Origin: Vermamoeba vermiformis
Lineage: Eukaryota
DNA: 64,000 nucleotides
Reading direction: 5' to 3'
NCBI GenBank assembly: GCA_045837725.1
Contig: JBEWZL010000238.1
Location: forward strand, 124,001 to 188,000
Part shown: positions 63,019-64,000 of the stretch, piece by piece
Position numbering within the stretch: the first letter of the stretch is position 1
Layout: each line of letters starts with the position of its first letter
The notes under the pieces: generated by a model
The model's input: the letters and a program-made list of their open reading frames with translations, nothing else
Databases searched by the model: none
Told to the model about the DNA's origin: nothing
Made by a program: the position numbers and the translations under genes

Positions 63019-64000
63019 CTACACGCACGTTGCCTGGCATCTGGTGGCACCTTGAGGCAGTGGACACTTGAAGTCATTGAACGAGGCATCGCACGCCTTA
63101 ATAATTGGTATCTCTCCAAGCTCCGTGAGCATGTTATGCGAGGTGTTGAGGTACCACAACTGGTCAGAAGGCACGACCAACATATTGCCCGTGAAGTAGT
63201 TGTTGCTGACGTCAATTTCTTCCAAGTTCGCGTAATAGGCATTTCTAAGAATGTCCAAAGTACCGTTAAGCTTGTTATTGTTCAACCGCAAAACTCCAAG
63301 CGAGTACGGAAGGACTGGCAGTGTGCCTTCAAGCTGGTTGTCGGACAAGTCAAGCAGCATCCACCAACCCGAATCATCGATATCGGGAATCGTGCCTTCA
63401 AGTTGATTGTGTTGGACGTGAAGTTCGCGTAGTTCGGGCGAGGGAATCGGGGGCAGCGTGCCAGTGAAATTGTTGTTGTTCAGATAACAGTACTTGAGAT
63501 TGTAATCTCGGTCATCAAACAACGATTTTGGTATTGTGCCATGAAGCTGGTTAAACGATAGATCGATCTTGACTGCAGTATGGAATCGATTGAATGATGG
63601 CAAGAGTGTTCCGGTGAACGCGTTGTTCCCCAAATTGAGCACTTCATATCCTACGTCGTCCAGGGATTCTGGAATTGTGCCAAAAAAGTAATTGTAGGAC
63701 AAGTCCAATCGCTTAAGATGAGTCGATGCTGCTCCAATCGCGACGGGCAATTGGCCTCGTAAAGAGTTATACGATACGTTAAAACTGTCTATGCTGGGAT
63801 TTAACCAACACTCTTCGGGTATATCTCCGCTAATGAGATTGCTCGATGCGTTGAGGAATTGCAACATATGTAACTCGCATATGGCGCTAGGCAAAGTACC
63901 ATCGATACGGTTGTCAGACAGATCCAAGTTTCTCAATTTGGCGAGTTTTCCGATTTCCTCGGGAATAGTGCCAGTAATGTAGTTGTTGCCTATGCGAACG
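63019..64000 (-). CDS. C-terminal part of an LRR protein paralogous to the 59704-62681 gene (5' part outside window)
   Basis: Plant-type LRRs ending CDASFNDFKCPLPQGATRCQATCV*, matching CDASFNSFKCPLPSGADRCKATCM* of the neighbour; frame is open to the window edge. Confidence 0.85.
   Translation of the reverse strand, partial: VRIGNNYITGTIPEEIGKLAKLRNLDLSDNRIDGTLPSAICELHMLQFLNASSNLISGDIPEECWLNPSIDSFNVSYNSLRGQLPVAIGAASTHLKRLDLSYNYFFGTIPESLDDVGYEVLNLGNNAFTGTLLPSFNRFHTAVKIDLSFNQLHGTIPKSLFDDRDYNLKYCYLNNNNFTGTLPPIPSPELRELHVQHNQLEGTIPDIDDSGWWMLLDLSDNQLEGTLPVLPYSLGVLRLNNNKLNGTLDILRNAYYANLEEIDVSNNYFTGNMLVVPSDQLWYLNTSHNMLTELGEIPIIKACDASFNDFKCPLPQGATRCQATCV

Noticed and set aside
1-64000. Alternative genetic code or many pseudogenes to explain the short ORFs
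   Set aside because: ORF breaks coincide with GT-AG introns, and the genes I spliced restore intact conserved proteins under the standard code.

Overview
Gene-dense, intron-rich eukaryotic DNA with short AT-rich GT-AG introns, most likely a free-living protist (an amoebozoan origin is an inference). I reconstructed about 29 protein genes by splicing ORF fragments by eye, plus one intronic tRNA-Thr(CGU). Routine genes: ceramide synthase, tetraspanin, PMCA Ca-ATPase, RhoGAP, TAPT1, RNF170, F-box and ankyrin proteins, two tandem P450s and carboxypeptidase Q. The standout is a 4-exon gene at 59704-62681(-). It encodes a putative Ig-fold N-terminal domain, an acidic linker, a phage-tailspike/MYRF-type intramolecular-chaperone autocleavage (peptidase S74) domain with intact Ser-Lys dyad, a coiled coil, one TM helix and a C-terminal plant-type LRR ectodomain. 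This reads as a MYRF/MrfA-like self-cleaving membrane-tethered factor joined to an LRR sensor, with a diverged LRR paralog immediately upstream. Also notable: a copy-number-variable 83-aa Cys-repeat surface protein array with a relic fourth copy, a tandem pseudokinase, a Tyr-bearing dioxygenase-type heme peroxidase, a membrane-anchored PLP lyase, a secreted 2H phosphoesterase and several prokaryote-like genes carrying introns. Exon boundaries are manual, and family calls rest on motif recognition, not database searches.
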